Below, piece by piece: positions 54,765 to 63,867 of a stretch of DNA of 64,000 nucleotides. The DNA lies in the IMG/VR virus record IMGVR_UViG_3300037808_001421, positions 1,483-65,482 of that record; one strand, 5' to 3'. This DNA comes from a virus. Its lineage: Duplodnaviria; Caudoviricetes. Position 1 is the first letter of the stretch. The number at the start of each line of letters is the position of its first letter. A program made the translations under genes and the position numbers. The notes beneath the pieces were generated by a model. The model did no database searches. It was given only the letters and a program-made list of their open reading frames with translations, and had not been told where the DNA came from.

Positions 54765-55933
54765 TGACACCTCACGACGCAGAAATCCTTTCGTTCATCG
54801 AGGAACTCGACACCGTCAAAATCAAAGAGGGTTGGGTCCCTCCCCTGGCAGGCGGTGCTTTGGCAGGCGGTGCTACAGGCGCTGCGCTTGCGGCGAGTCG
54901 TGCTGAAGAGGGTGAAAAGCTTAGGGCAGGCGCCTTAGGCGGCGCGGCGGGTGCAGGTCTTGGCGCCGCGGGCGGCCTAGCAGGTGCTGTCACAGGTGGC
55001 ATAGGTGGCTCCTTAGCTGGCATCGCAAGACATGGCAGTGGCATAGGCCAGCGCATGACAAACAGCCAAGTGTTGAAGACGCTGCCCTACACGGTTGGCG
55101 GGATGGGTGTAGGTACTTTGGCGGGGGGTGCGCTTGGCGGTGTCGCTGGTGCCCACCTAGCTCGACGTCCTCCTCGAGAAGAAGAGTTGGAGAAGGCTGC
55201 TGCATTGGGCCTCATGATGGGTGGTGGTGCCATGGCCGGTGGTACCACCGGCGCAATCATAGCTGCCAAGCGAGCTGAAGAGGGTGAGCGGCTTAGGGCA
55301 GCCGCCATGGGCGGTGTTGCGGGGGCAGGTCTTGGCGCCTTGGGCGCTGGCATAGGTGGCATAGCGGGAGGCGTGGGAGGCATCGGCTTGGGATCTGCGG
55401 TTACGAATCCTCCTAGGGGGAACTTCTCAAAGCTGAAGGCCATAGTTCCGTATGCCAGGGGCGGTGTAGCTTTAGGCAGCGCCGCGGGCGCTGGCATAGG
55501 TGGGCTGATGGGCGGTGCGGGTGCTTCGGAGGTCAACGAGGCTATTCGACGCAGACAGGCCGCGCCTGAAGGAGAGAAGGTCGCTTTTTCTCCTGAAGCT
55601 GCAGAAGAATACATGCAGGAGAAGGGCGCGTCCGCGATGGCAGCTATAGGCTCTGGCATACGCGCCGGGTACAAAGGCGTCAAAAGCGTCGCTTCAAATC
55701 TGATGGACGGTAAGAAGGTCAACGGTCTCAAAGGCGCCCTCGACACTGTCACCGACCCGATGTCCAAGGCGTACAAGGCAAGCAAGAAGCAGAGCGTGAA
55801 CATCGCCAAGAGGCCGCTCAAGGAAGGCGGCAAGGCAGCCAAGAGCCGCAGCATGGATACCGCAGTTGGTGTAGGTACTACTGCAGCGGGCGCGGCAGGC
55901 GCGGCAGGTATCGGAGGGTACGCGGTTAGCTGA
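54764..55933 (+). CDS. Glycine-zipper polyprotein with duplicated modules separated by K-x-[AG] sites
   Basis: SFIEELDTVKIKEG; two RAEEGE(K/R)LRA modules; LEKAA, EKVA, EKGA. Confidence 0.75.
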   Translation: MTPHDAEILSFIEELDTVKIKEGWVPPLAGGALAGGATGAALAASRAEEGEKLRAGALGGAAGAGLGAAGGLAGAVTGGIGGSLAGIARHGSGIGQRMTNSQVLKTLPYTVGGMGVGTLAGGALGGVAGAHLARRPPREEELEKAAALGLMMGGGAMAGGTTGAIIAAKRAEEGERLRAAAMGGVAGAGLGALGAGIGGIAGGVGGIGLGSAVTNPPRGNFSKLKAIVPYARGGVALGSAAGAGIGGLMGGAGASEVNEAIRRRQAAPEGEKVAFSPEAAEEYMQEKGASAMAAIGSGIRAGYKGVKSVASNLMDGKKVNGLKGALDTVTDPMSKAYKASKKQSVNIAKRPLKEGGKAAKSRSMDTAVGVGTTAAGAAGAAGIGGYAVS

Positions 55934-56006
55934 GACGTTTAGCTTCGGGAAGCACCGAGCTACCCGTAGAATTGGGTCAGAGGGGCGCCTAACGCCCATC
56001 CAGTGA

Positions 56007-56888
56007 ATGCTTGAAGTCACGAAGCTAGTTGTCCGAAGCTTTGACCTCGATCATCTCGATGTGTACTGGGAGATCAGCACATCAACAGATGCACCGGAGA
56101 GGTACCACTTCGACGTCCTTAGGAGTGTGGACGGCCCGGCCGGACCTTTTGAGGTTCTAGCAGCCGACCTATTGAACACGTTTACCTTCAGGGACGGTAG
56201 CGTGCAGGCGCTGCACAAGTGGCGACAGTACTTCTACAAGATTCGCGTACGTGACCTCGACAGTGGCGAGGACCGAGAGTACGGCCCCAAGATGTTGGCC
56301 GCGGAGCCTGACCGCATCGCTCTTGAGATTCAGCGACGGCATCAGCTGGTGAAGCAAGAGTTCACGGGTAGGAAGTGCTTGCTGTTCCCTGCACTGACGA
56401 CAGGCTTTCGATGCCGTAGCTGCTACGTGACCAATGATCGAGGGAACTCGCTGGGTCGGCAAAGTACCCAGAATTGCCCGACGTGTTTCGACACGACCTT
56501 TGTGGGCGGGTACGCGACTCCGATCCTTGTTTACCTGCAGCTCGAGCCCTCTCCCAAGCACGTGCAGAGGTCAGACATCAACGAGAGGGCGCCATCTGAC
56601 ACAACGGGGCGTCTTGCTGCATTTCCTCCAGTCAAGCCAAAGGACGTTGTCGTTGAGGCCGAGAACCGAAGGTGGCGCATAGAAAATGTGTCTTCTACTC
56701 AGAAGCTGCGCGCCACTCTTCACCAGGAGCTAAGGCTGCACGAGCTCCCGCGGGACGACATCAACTTCAAGCTTCCCGTCAACCTCAGTTTGTTCGACAC
56801 TGAGTTCTCTCCTGAGAGAGAGTTCACACGCCCAATGTCGTTAGGCAATGACACTGTCAGAGCCATCCCGGATTTGGTACCTCTGTAA
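56007..56888 (+). CDS. Putative head-closure/neck protein with FN3-like N-terminus and Zn finger
   Basis: LDVYW...YFYKIRV; CRSC...CPTCFDTTFVGGY. Confidence 0.55.
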   Translation: MLEVTKLVVRSFDLDHLDVYWEISTSTDAPERYHFDVLRSVDGPAGPFEVLAADLLNTFTFRDGSVQALHKWRQYFYKIRVRDLDSGEDREYGPKMLAAEPDRIALEIQRRHQLVKQEFTGRKCLLFPALTTGFRCRSCYVTNDRGNSLGRQSTQNCPTCFDTTFVGGYATPILVYLQLEPSPKHVQRSDINERAPSDTTGRLAAFPPVKPKDVVVEAENRRWRIENVSSTQKLRATLHQELRLHELPRDDINFKLPVNLSLFDTEFSPEREFTRPMSLGNDTVRAIPDLVPL

Positions 56889-57229
56889 TGAACGCAGTCA
56901 CCACAGAAGCCTTTACTAGCGAGCTTGAGAAGATTGCTCAAAGGTACCCAGCCACCAAAGAGCGGCTGAAGACTACGGCCAAAGCAATGGGCATCTTTGC
57001 TTTGGGCTATGGGCTAGGTTCTGGTCTAGGTAGAGTAGCGGGCCATCAGATAACAAAAAGCGCACTTCCAGGTCTGACCAACGCTGACCTGAAGAAAGTA
57101 TCCGTAGGTGTCGGGCTTCTTAGCGGCGCCGGCGCGCTAGGTATGGCTGCGTCCAAATCTCAGCTACGCAACCTGTGGAAAGAGGCTGACAAGGTCACGG
57201 ACTCCAGGTTCTCAAAGGCAGGCAAATGA
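56888..57229 (+). CDS. Small two-helix membrane-like protein with AFTSELEKIA leader
   Basis: MNAVTTEAFTSELEKIAQ; GYGLGSGLG and GVGLLSGAGALG segments. Confidence 0.7.
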   Translation: MNAVTTEAFTSELEKIAQRYPATKERLKTTAKAMGIFALGYGLGSGLGRVAGHQITKSALPGLTNADLKKVSVGVGLLSGAGALGMAASKSQLRNLWKEADKVTDSRFSKAGK

Positions 57230-57966
57230 GCGCGCCTGCAACCATTCGCGAGTTTGAAGCTGGGGACGGAAGTCTTGCCAATGACCCAATGGTCTACTTG
57301 GCGAAGCTGTGGACCTTCTTTCTGCAGAACATGTTCAACACCTTCCCTGAGGGTTGCGGCTTCCACTGGCGCCCCAGCGAAGAAGACACTGAAGTTACCA
57401 TCTCGAACGAGAAGCCTACGCTCGAGGCCATCGAAAAGACTCCGCACATCACTGTGGTCATTGGTCCTGGGCAGATGCACGGCCTATCGATGGACCAACA
57501 CGTTTTTACCGATTCACACACGGGAACGCGCGAGCACACTGACCTTGCATCTGCTTCTGTTGCGTTCCATTGCCAGGCTCGAAATGGCCTGATGGCTCGT
57601 CGCATGGCCTGGAACGCAGGCTTTTACACGAACGCCCTCCGACGCATGGTGATGCGCCAGGATGGTATTCATCATGTCAACCCGGGCTGGAATATGTCCG
57701 GCGAGACACCCCCAACGGCCTATACAGGCCCCCTTTCAAAAGAAGAGCTGGTTGCCGTTGTGGTGACCGTTTCCTTCTATTGGCAACCTCACTGGACTAT
57801 AAAAGAGTGTGTGAGCACCTTGCTCGATTCATTCGCAGTGACCTTGTCCGTTCGGGACAGGGACTTGAGCGTAATTCGGGTCAACGGCGTTCCGTTGAAG
57901 AACATCACTCTGGTGGACATTGATGCGGCGGTGCCCGAGCTCGTCCAGCAAGTTGAAGTGGAGTAG
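57226..57966 (+). CDS. Putative tail terminator/completion protein
   Basis: Immediately upstream of the sheath gene; beta-rich. Confidence 0.5.
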   Translation: MSAPATIREFEAGDGSLANDPMVYLAKLWTFFLQNMFNTFPEGCGFHWRPSEEDTEVTISNEKPTLEAIEKTPHITVVIGPGQMHGLSMDQHVFTDSHTGTREHTDLASASVAFHCQARNGLMARRMAWNAGFYTNALRRMVMRQDGIHHVNPGWNMSGETPPTAYTGPLSKEELVAVVVTVSFYWQPHWTIKECVSTLLDSFAVTLSVRDRDLSVIRVNGVPLKNITLVDIDAAVPELVQQVEVE

Positions 57967-57975
57967 GAGAACCTG

Positions 57976-60900
57976 ATGGTTGCAGCAGCGCTTCCCCGTC
58001 CGGGTGTTGAGATCGTTCAGACCTTTGCCTCGACGTCGCCGACAATTCTCATTCCGACGCTGGTTCCGGTCAACGTCGGTCCTTTCTTCGAGGTCATCGA
58101 TGCTCTCCAGAGCGATGGCACGGTCAACAGTGCTGCGGCCTTGGCGTCTCCGTACGCACAGCTCGGTCTGACCATCCCGCAGAGTTCCTTCCCGGCGCCT
58201 CGAGGAAACATCGCCGAGCTCAACGTAGATGAAGACTCTGTTCGGTGCTTCTTCAACGTGGGTGGGGCACTTCAGGAACTGTCCAGGACCTCGGGCTTCC
58301 TCATTACGCTCACAGGTGCTCACACAGGAGGTACTTCTGCTTCTACGGCGGCAGTTCTCGAAGCGTCAGGTGCTACGTACCCCGTAAGCGTCGATGGTGT
58401 TGTCTTGCGCATTGCGCACAACACGCACAACGCAGTGGGCGTCTCTCTTCCGGACCTGGCCAACTTCCCGGCGGCTCTGGATACGGACATCACGTTGGAA
58501 GGTGCGGCCGCGACCATCGTCAACGTCATCGACCAAATCAACGCTGTCTTCCCCGGAATGGCGACGAACAACTCTGGGCAACTTCGCCTGACGTCGTCCA
58601 AGTTCGGTGCGCAAAGTTCTGTCTGCGTGAAAGCAGTCGGAGCCAACGTCACGCTGGGCTTCACTGCTGTTGACCAGGTTGCGGTTGGTGCAGGTCTCTA
58701 CGCCATCGACGACGGGGATAGTGACCCGACCTCAGCGCGCATTGAGTTCTTCATGGGCGCTGAGACCCGTGACGCTGGGGACGTAAATGTGGACGTCACG
58801 GGTGTCACCGCGCCCAACTTCGTCACGAATCAGGTGCAGGTAGGCGATGCGGTTACCGCGGACGGCGTGGCTATCGGCCTTGTCCAGACAGTTACCGCCT
58901 CGCGGCTGGTCATGTCGATTGAGCAGAACATCATGTCCGCTGCGGCGGGTGGTTTTGCGCCGAGATACGCGTGGGTCCAGGCCAATGGGCTAGTGTTCCC
59001 TGCTCCCGCGGCCAGCACTGCCGCTGTAATCCTCGGTACCGAGCAAGCGGCAGTTGCGTCAGTCGCAGCCATCACCAGCGCTGCGGGTACGTACCCCTAC
59101 GAAGTCGGTCAGACCATCACCTACGAGGTGTGGCAGGGCGGTGTGTCCTTGGGTGAGGAGATTCTCACTTCGGACAGCGCCTACGCCAACGCTGCGACCG
59201 CAGCAACAGCGCTGGATGCTTTGGCGACCAATGTTGTCATCACAGACAGTGGCACGTCTCTGGTCTTCACGGCCTTGGCCGCCAACACGGGTTCGGGCTC
59301 TCGAGTCACGTTCTCGAGTGAGTCTGTAGGCGATGGTGCCACTGGCTTTACGCCAGGCGACACTGACATCGGTGAGAACATCAGGTTCCCCGCCAACTTG
59401 AACGGTGAAGTGTTCGAGTGGTCCTTGGACAACAATGCCCAAGAGTACTCCGTCATGTTCTCCAGCGATGAGGACGACGGCGGTGTCTCGCTGCAACAGG
59501 TGCTCGACCTCATCAACGGGGAGACACCGCTAGTAGCTACTGAGTCGCTGACAAGTGCGCGAGCGGTGCTACTCACCTCGGGCATGGTGGGCGCAGGTTC
59601 TGCCATCACTATCCGTGACGGCTCTGCGAATGACGTCGGTGGTGCGGGGCTCGGGTTCACAGATGACAGCACGACCGTCGGACTGGGCAGACCTGCTCCT
59701 GACTTCGCGATGGACATTTCAGGCAACGCGATCATCCAGGACCAGATCCTACGAGACGCTTTGCAAGGTGTTCCGTTCGTGGGTGTTGGTGGGCAGGCGG
59801 TTACTTACTTGCAGCACAAGGCGCTGCGATTGGACCTCTCTGCTCAAGCCGCCGCACCAGGGCTGCTGACAGTCAACGATACTGCAGCCCTAGCGTCTGC
59901 AGCCAACCCGGTGACTACAGAGAATCCCGGCGCACTGATGACGCACCTTTGCCTGCTGAACTCTCCGGGGTCGCTGGTGAAGGCGCTTGGTGTGTCCGCG
60001 ACTTCTTCAGATGCGCCCAACGGCACACCTGCGGCCTACGCGGAGGCAGCGAGTTTCCTCGAGGCCCAGGAGGTCTACTCCATTGCCGCGGCCACGGATG
60101 ACCCGGTCGTCCACCAGGCGTTCCTGACACACGTCACCACGATGAGCGCGCCCAAGAACAAGGGCGAGCGCATCTACTTCTTCAGCTCGCCGGAGCCTGT
60201 GCGTGCGTTGAACACGATCTACGGGTCGGGTAACGACGCGAACACTACGCCAACGCCCAAGGAAGTCACCATCGAGGTGAACATCGCAACGGCGCTCATC
60301 AACGCAGGTATCGATCCCGCGAACGTCAACCCGTCTTCGGGTGCCATCGTCAACGAGGTCTACCTGGACATCGCAGGTGACGCAAACAACTACCTCATCG
60401 AGAGTGTGACGGGTGGTGTGACTATCCTCGTGCGGACAACGTTCGCTTCCACCGAGAACACCGATGCGTTCTTCACCACAGTCACACCAGCTGCGGTGGT
60501 CAGCGATGACTGGTCGGTGGCCCTGCGCGGAGCACTTTTGCTCAACCCGGGAACGACAGATCCGAACAAGCAGTTGATCGCGGAGACGGTCTCTGGTTAC
60601 GGCGCCGCGATTCAGAATCGTCGAGGCTTCAACGTCTTTCCGAACTCGGTTGGTATCAACATCACTGGGCTCGAGCAGATCGTTGCGGGGCACTTCGCCA
60701 CGGCGTGTATCTCGGGGATGGTGGCCAACCAGCCGCCGGCACAGCCGTTCACAAACCTACCCATCACGGGTTTGACCAAGGTTCAGGGGTCTCACGACCG
60801 CTTCACCGAAAATCAAATGGACGTGATGGCGGGCGGTGGTACTTACATCCTCGTCCAAGACACGGAAACGGGTCCGGTGGTTTGTCGCCACCAGCTTTCG

Positions 60901-61206
60901 ACCGATACGACCACGATTGAGAAGCGCGAGCTCTCGATCACCAAGGCCATCGACTTCACGGCTAAGTTCTTGCGGACGGGTCTGAAGAACTTCATCGGTC
61001 GAAACAACATCACCACCTCGTTCCTGGACCAGATCTCGACGGTCGTTCAGGGACTCATCGACTTCTTGGTCGACGGCGGTGTTCTCGCAGGTGCGTCCAT
61101 CAACAACATCATCCAGGATTCGGCACAGCCGGACCGCATTCTCATCGATGTGGTCTTGGATGTTCAGTATCCTTCGAACTACATCCGCCTGACCTTGGTG
61201 GTGTAA
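57976..61206 (+). CDS. Contractile tail sheath protein (long, 1076 aa)
   Basis: N-terminal RPGVEIVQ; C-terminal HQLST...RELSITKAIDF...GRNNIT...YPSNYIRLTL. Confidence 0.88.
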   Translation: MVAAALPRPGVEIVQTFASTSPTILIPTLVPVNVGPFFEVIDALQSDGTVNSAAALASPYAQLGLTIPQSSFPAPRGNIAELNVDEDSVRCFFNVGGALQELSRTSGFLITLTGAHTGGTSASTAAVLEASGATYPVSVDGVVLRIAHNTHNAVGVSLPDLANFPAALDTDITLEGAAATIVNVIDQINAVFPGMATNNSGQLRLTSSKFGAQSSVCVKAVGANVTLGFTAVDQVAVGAGLYAIDDGDSDPTSARIEFFMGAETRDAGDVNVDVTGVTAPNFVTNQVQVGDAVTADGVAIGLVQTVTASRLVMSIEQNIMSAAAGGFAPRYAWVQANGLVFPAPAASTAAVILGTEQAAVASVAAITSAAGTYPYEVGQTITYEVWQGGVSLGEEILTSDSAYANAATAATALDALATNVVITDSGTSLVFTALAANTGSGSRVTFSSESVGDGATGFTPGDTDIGENIRFPANLNGEVFEWSLDNNAQEYSVMFSSDEDDGGVSLQQVLDLINGETPLVATESLTSARAVLLTSGMVGAGSAITIRDGSANDVGGAGLGFTDDSTTVGLGRPAPDFAMDISGNAIIQDQILRDALQGVPFVGVGGQAVTYLQHKALRLDLSAQAAAPGLLTVNDTAALASAANPVTTENPGALMTHLCLLNSPGSLVKALGVSATSSDAPNGTPAAYAEAASFLEAQEVYSIAAATDDPVVHQAFLTHVTTMSAPKNKGERIYFFSSPEPVRALNTIYGSGNDANTTPTPKEVTIEVNIATALINAGIDPANVNPSSGAIVNEVYLDIAGDANNYLIESVTGGVTILVRTTFASTENTDAFFTTVTPAAVVSDDWSVALRGALLLNPGTTDPNKQLIAETVSGYGAAIQNRRGFNVFPNSVGINITGLEQIVAGHFATACISGMVANQPPAQPFTNLPITGLTKVQGSHDRFTENQMDVMAGGGTYILVQDTETGPVVCRHQLSTDTTTIEKRELSITKAIDFTAKFLRTGLKNFIGRNNITTSFLDQISTVVQGLIDFLVDGGVLAGASINNIIQDSAQPDRILIDVVLDVQYPSNYIRLTLVV

Positions 61207-61228
61207 GCTCAACAGGCAGGAGAAAGAT

Positions 61229-62032
61229 ATGACATCCAGAGCATTCAGCGGACAAATCGCCGCACGACCCCACCTGGTCGCCCCCGGTAAGCGAGGGCTG
61301 CCCGGTGAGATTGCTGACCTGCGTTCCGACGTCGAAGCAGCCATCGATGCGGTCGAGGACCAGATCGAACAGCAGGACGTCGCGTGCGCCGTTCTTCGGC
61401 TGGACGTTCAGCCGACTGAGGACGATGAGCTCGTCATCGGCGCCGATACCTACCAGTATCGTGACACCGCCGGCGGCGAAGACGCGGGGAACATCAACAT
61501 CCAAACGGGCGTCAGTGCGGCCGCGGCGCTGTTGAACACCATCGCGGCCATCAATGCTAGCGGGACTGAGCGAGTCTTCGCGTCGCTCTACAACACGGAC
61601 TTCCTGCTCGTCCAGCAGGCCAACGAGCCTGGTGGTCTTCCGGCAGGGACGCTGCTTCCGGGCGCCCCAGTCTCCGTCGCGCTGACGGAGACGTTGACCG
61701 ACGTCGAAACGTGGTCGCACGCCAACATGAACGAGACGGGTCACGGTGGTACTGGTCTGCGTACGGTCATTCGTGTCGCGTGCACCACGGCCAACATCGC
61801 GGCGACCTACGATCACATTCTGCGGTTCAAGCCGATGACGATCCGCTGCCTCGCGGTGACGGACGTCGCGGGTGTCATCTCGGCGGCCAAGACCGATTCG
61901 ATGAACACGGCCATCGCCACGACGGCCATTATGGTCCCGGCCAGGAATGCGATCACGTTCGTACTCGCCGCCGGCGCCACTGACCCCATCGACACCGACA
62001 TCGCGTGGTTCGAGGTCGTCGGTCAGCTGTAG
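61229..62032 (+). CDS. Putative virion structural protein between sheath and tube
   Basis: QPTEDDELVIGADTYQY...LNTIAAIN pattern seen in sheath-insertion/fibre domains. Confidence 0.6.
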   Translation: MTSRAFSGQIAARPHLVAPGKRGLPGEIADLRSDVEAAIDAVEDQIEQQDVACAVLRLDVQPTEDDELVIGADTYQYRDTAGGEDAGNINIQTGVSAAAALLNTIAAINASGTERVFASLYNTDFLLVQQANEPGGLPAGTLLPGAPVSVALTETLTDVETWSHANMNETGHGGTGLRTVIRVACTTANIAATYDHILRFKPMTIRCLAVTDVAGVISAAKTDSMNTAIATTAIMVPARNAITFVLAAGATDPIDTDIAWFEVVGQL

Positions 62033-62075
62033 TAGCCCCGTGCTACTCTGAAGGCGAGCAAAGGAGAGGTAGTCA

Positions 62076-62804
62076 ATGGCCAGGTTGTCACAATGGAAGC
62101 CGTACCAGCAGTCCGTGCAAGCGGGCATGGTGGATGGGCAGTTCCTCAACGCGTCGTTCACTCTGTTGGCCGCGGGTCCGCCCCGCATTTCCAACGTGGG
62201 CTCGGCGGTGTTCACGGGTGACATCCTGGCCTCGGCTAACGCCGACCAGATTGTCTTCCCCATCGGCATCGTTCAGAACTTCAACATCTCCCACAACCGG
62301 CAGTTCACGCGGGTGTGGGAGGTGGGTTCCGAGCGTTCGTTCTGGATCTCCGGCCGTACGGTCGGTCAGATTGGGCTGTCACGGATTCTTTACATGGGGC
62401 CCTCGCTCCTGAAGACCATGTACGCCTACTACCAGGACCTCGTTCCGCCCACGCTGGTGAACAGCCTGCTGGGTGCCACGAACCTCGGGTTCATCACGGC
62501 GCCGAACCCCCACGACGTCAAGATTCCGCCGGGCTATGAGAACATGGTTCTCAACCTCGCCTCGGACATGTTCGCTCAGCCCATCGGGCTCATGGCGTAC
62601 TTCCGGGACTCCAACGAGGATACCTACGGTGCTGCGTACCTCGAGAGCTGCGTCATCCCGTCTCACGGGCTGGCGACGGACGCGCAGGGAACCATCATCC
62701 AGGAGAACGCAGCCGCGCAGTTCGAGCGTCTGGTGCCGGTGGCAGTCACAGCGACCAAGCTTATTGACATCTCCGCATCTGATCCGCTCGGCCTTGCTGC
62801 GTGA
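62076..62804 (+). CDS. Tail tube protein
   Basis: PIGIVQNFNISHNRQFTRVWEVGS; YLESCVIPSH; after the sheath gene. Confidence 0.75.
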   Translation: MARLSQWKPYQQSVQAGMVDGQFLNASFTLLAAGPPRISNVGSAVFTGDILASANADQIVFPIGIVQNFNISHNRQFTRVWEVGSERSFWISGRTVGQIGLSRILYMGPSLLKTMYAYYQDLVPPTLVNSLLGATNLGFITAPNPHDVKIPPGYENMVLNLASDMFAQPIGLMAYFRDSNEDTYGAAYLESCVIPSHGLATDAQGTIIQENAAAQFERLVPVAVTATKLIDISASDPLGLAA

Positions 62805-62980
62805 TCCTCAACCGCGCCAAGTTAGCCGCGGCGCTGACCCAGCTGACCGCGGAACTCCAGTCTGACGCCAAGCACGGCCTCAAGGGCCGACTTGCGCGTC
62901 CAGCGGTTGTAGGGAACAAGCTCAAGACGGTGCAGGGCCCGAAGTGCCTTCCGCCACGCTTGAACAAGGTTTCGATCTAA
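62801..62980 (+). CDS. Small 59-aa basic ORF (missed by ORF track)
   Basis: GTGA overlap with the tube stop; MILNRAKLAAALTQL... Confidence 0.5.
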   Translation: MILNRAKLAAALTQLTAELQSDAKHGLKGRLARPAVVGNKLKTVQGPKCLPPRLNKVSI

Positions 62981-63202
62981 CTACATACACTCTATGTACT
63001 CAACAGCGTAGGCATCCTCACCTGCTTCATAGGCGGGGATGTCGTCGAGTTCTGCCTGGTTCAGCAAGATGACGTCGGGCTTCAGCCGGTGGCTCATGAG
63101 TTGTTCAAGCAGGGCGGCGTTGGTGGCAGCGGCGCGCGCGAGAATACGGAAACCCACATAAGACTGCACAACAGTCTTGCACGGTGTCGGAGAGTCTGTC
63201 AT
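62981..63202 (-). CDS. Hypothetical protein
   Basis: ORF track. Confidence 0.45.
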   Translation of the reverse strand: MTDSPTPCKTVVQSYVGFRILARAAATNAALLEQLMSHRLKPDVILLNQAELDDIPAYEAGEDAYAVEYIECM

Positions 63203-63211
63203 AGTCTCTGC

Positions 63212-63568
63212 ATGACGACGCTACATCACGGAGCACACACCAAGTTTTCTCTGCACATCGGCCAGTGCTTCACCGATGACCGATCGGCCGCTGACAGCTA
63301 CGCATGCCAGGGCCGTGCAGGTGAGATCGCGACGATCTCGGCTGATTTTGACGGGCTGCGGGTGGTGGAGCTCGACGCCGGCTACGACCGGGATGCTAAT
63401 TCGGCCCCCGGCGATGACGACGCGGCCGAGCTGGCGGCCGAGCACGGCGCCGACGTGATCATTTACGACGACGAGGATATTCGGGGCCAGTCGCATCGGT
63501 GCTGGCGGCTGCTGACCGAGGCGGCGCTCGGCGCCATCGGTGACGTTTCGACCACCGCGGCCGAGTAG
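63212..63568 (+). CDS. Hypothetical protein, weak ADP-ribosyltransferase-like pattern
   Basis: TLHHG...CFTDDRSAADSYA. Confidence 0.45.
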   Translation: MTTLHHGAHTKFSLHIGQCFTDDRSAADSYACQGRAGEIATISADFDGLRVVELDAGYDRDANSAPGDDDAAELAAEHGADVIIYDDEDIRGQSHRCWRLLTEAALGAIGDVSTTAAE

Positions 63569-63603
63569 CGGACACACACAAACAAACAGGGAGAAACGGA
63601 CAA

Positions 63604-63867
63604 ATGACGACGACGACGACGACACGACCGGAACGGGGCGCAGCGATGAGCTATGCCATCTTCGACGCATGGGACAACGGGGCGTGCATCGAGGAGGTGC
63701 AACCGTGGGAGCTCGGCTGTTTCGAGTCGACGCTTGCGGCGATGGATTTTGATGAGGTGTTCGCGTGGGCCATCGAGGGCGCCACCGAGACCAATTACAT
63801 CGTCGTGCGGCAATACGACGCCGATGGCCACTGTGTCCGGGAGGAGTCCGAGGAGGTGTCGAAATGA
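63604..63867 (+). CDS. Small acidic hypothetical protein
   Basis: ORF track; GGGAG RBS. Confidence 0.55.
   Translation: MTTTTTTRPERGAAMSYAIFDAWDNGACIEEVQPWELGCFESTLAAMDFDEVFAWAIEGATETNYIVVRQYDADGHCVREESEEVSK

Noticed and set aside
57976-62804. Sheath and tube as a tailocin, eCIS or T6SS locus
   Set aside because: Capsid, portal, terminase and replication genes are present, so a complete phage is the simpler explanation.
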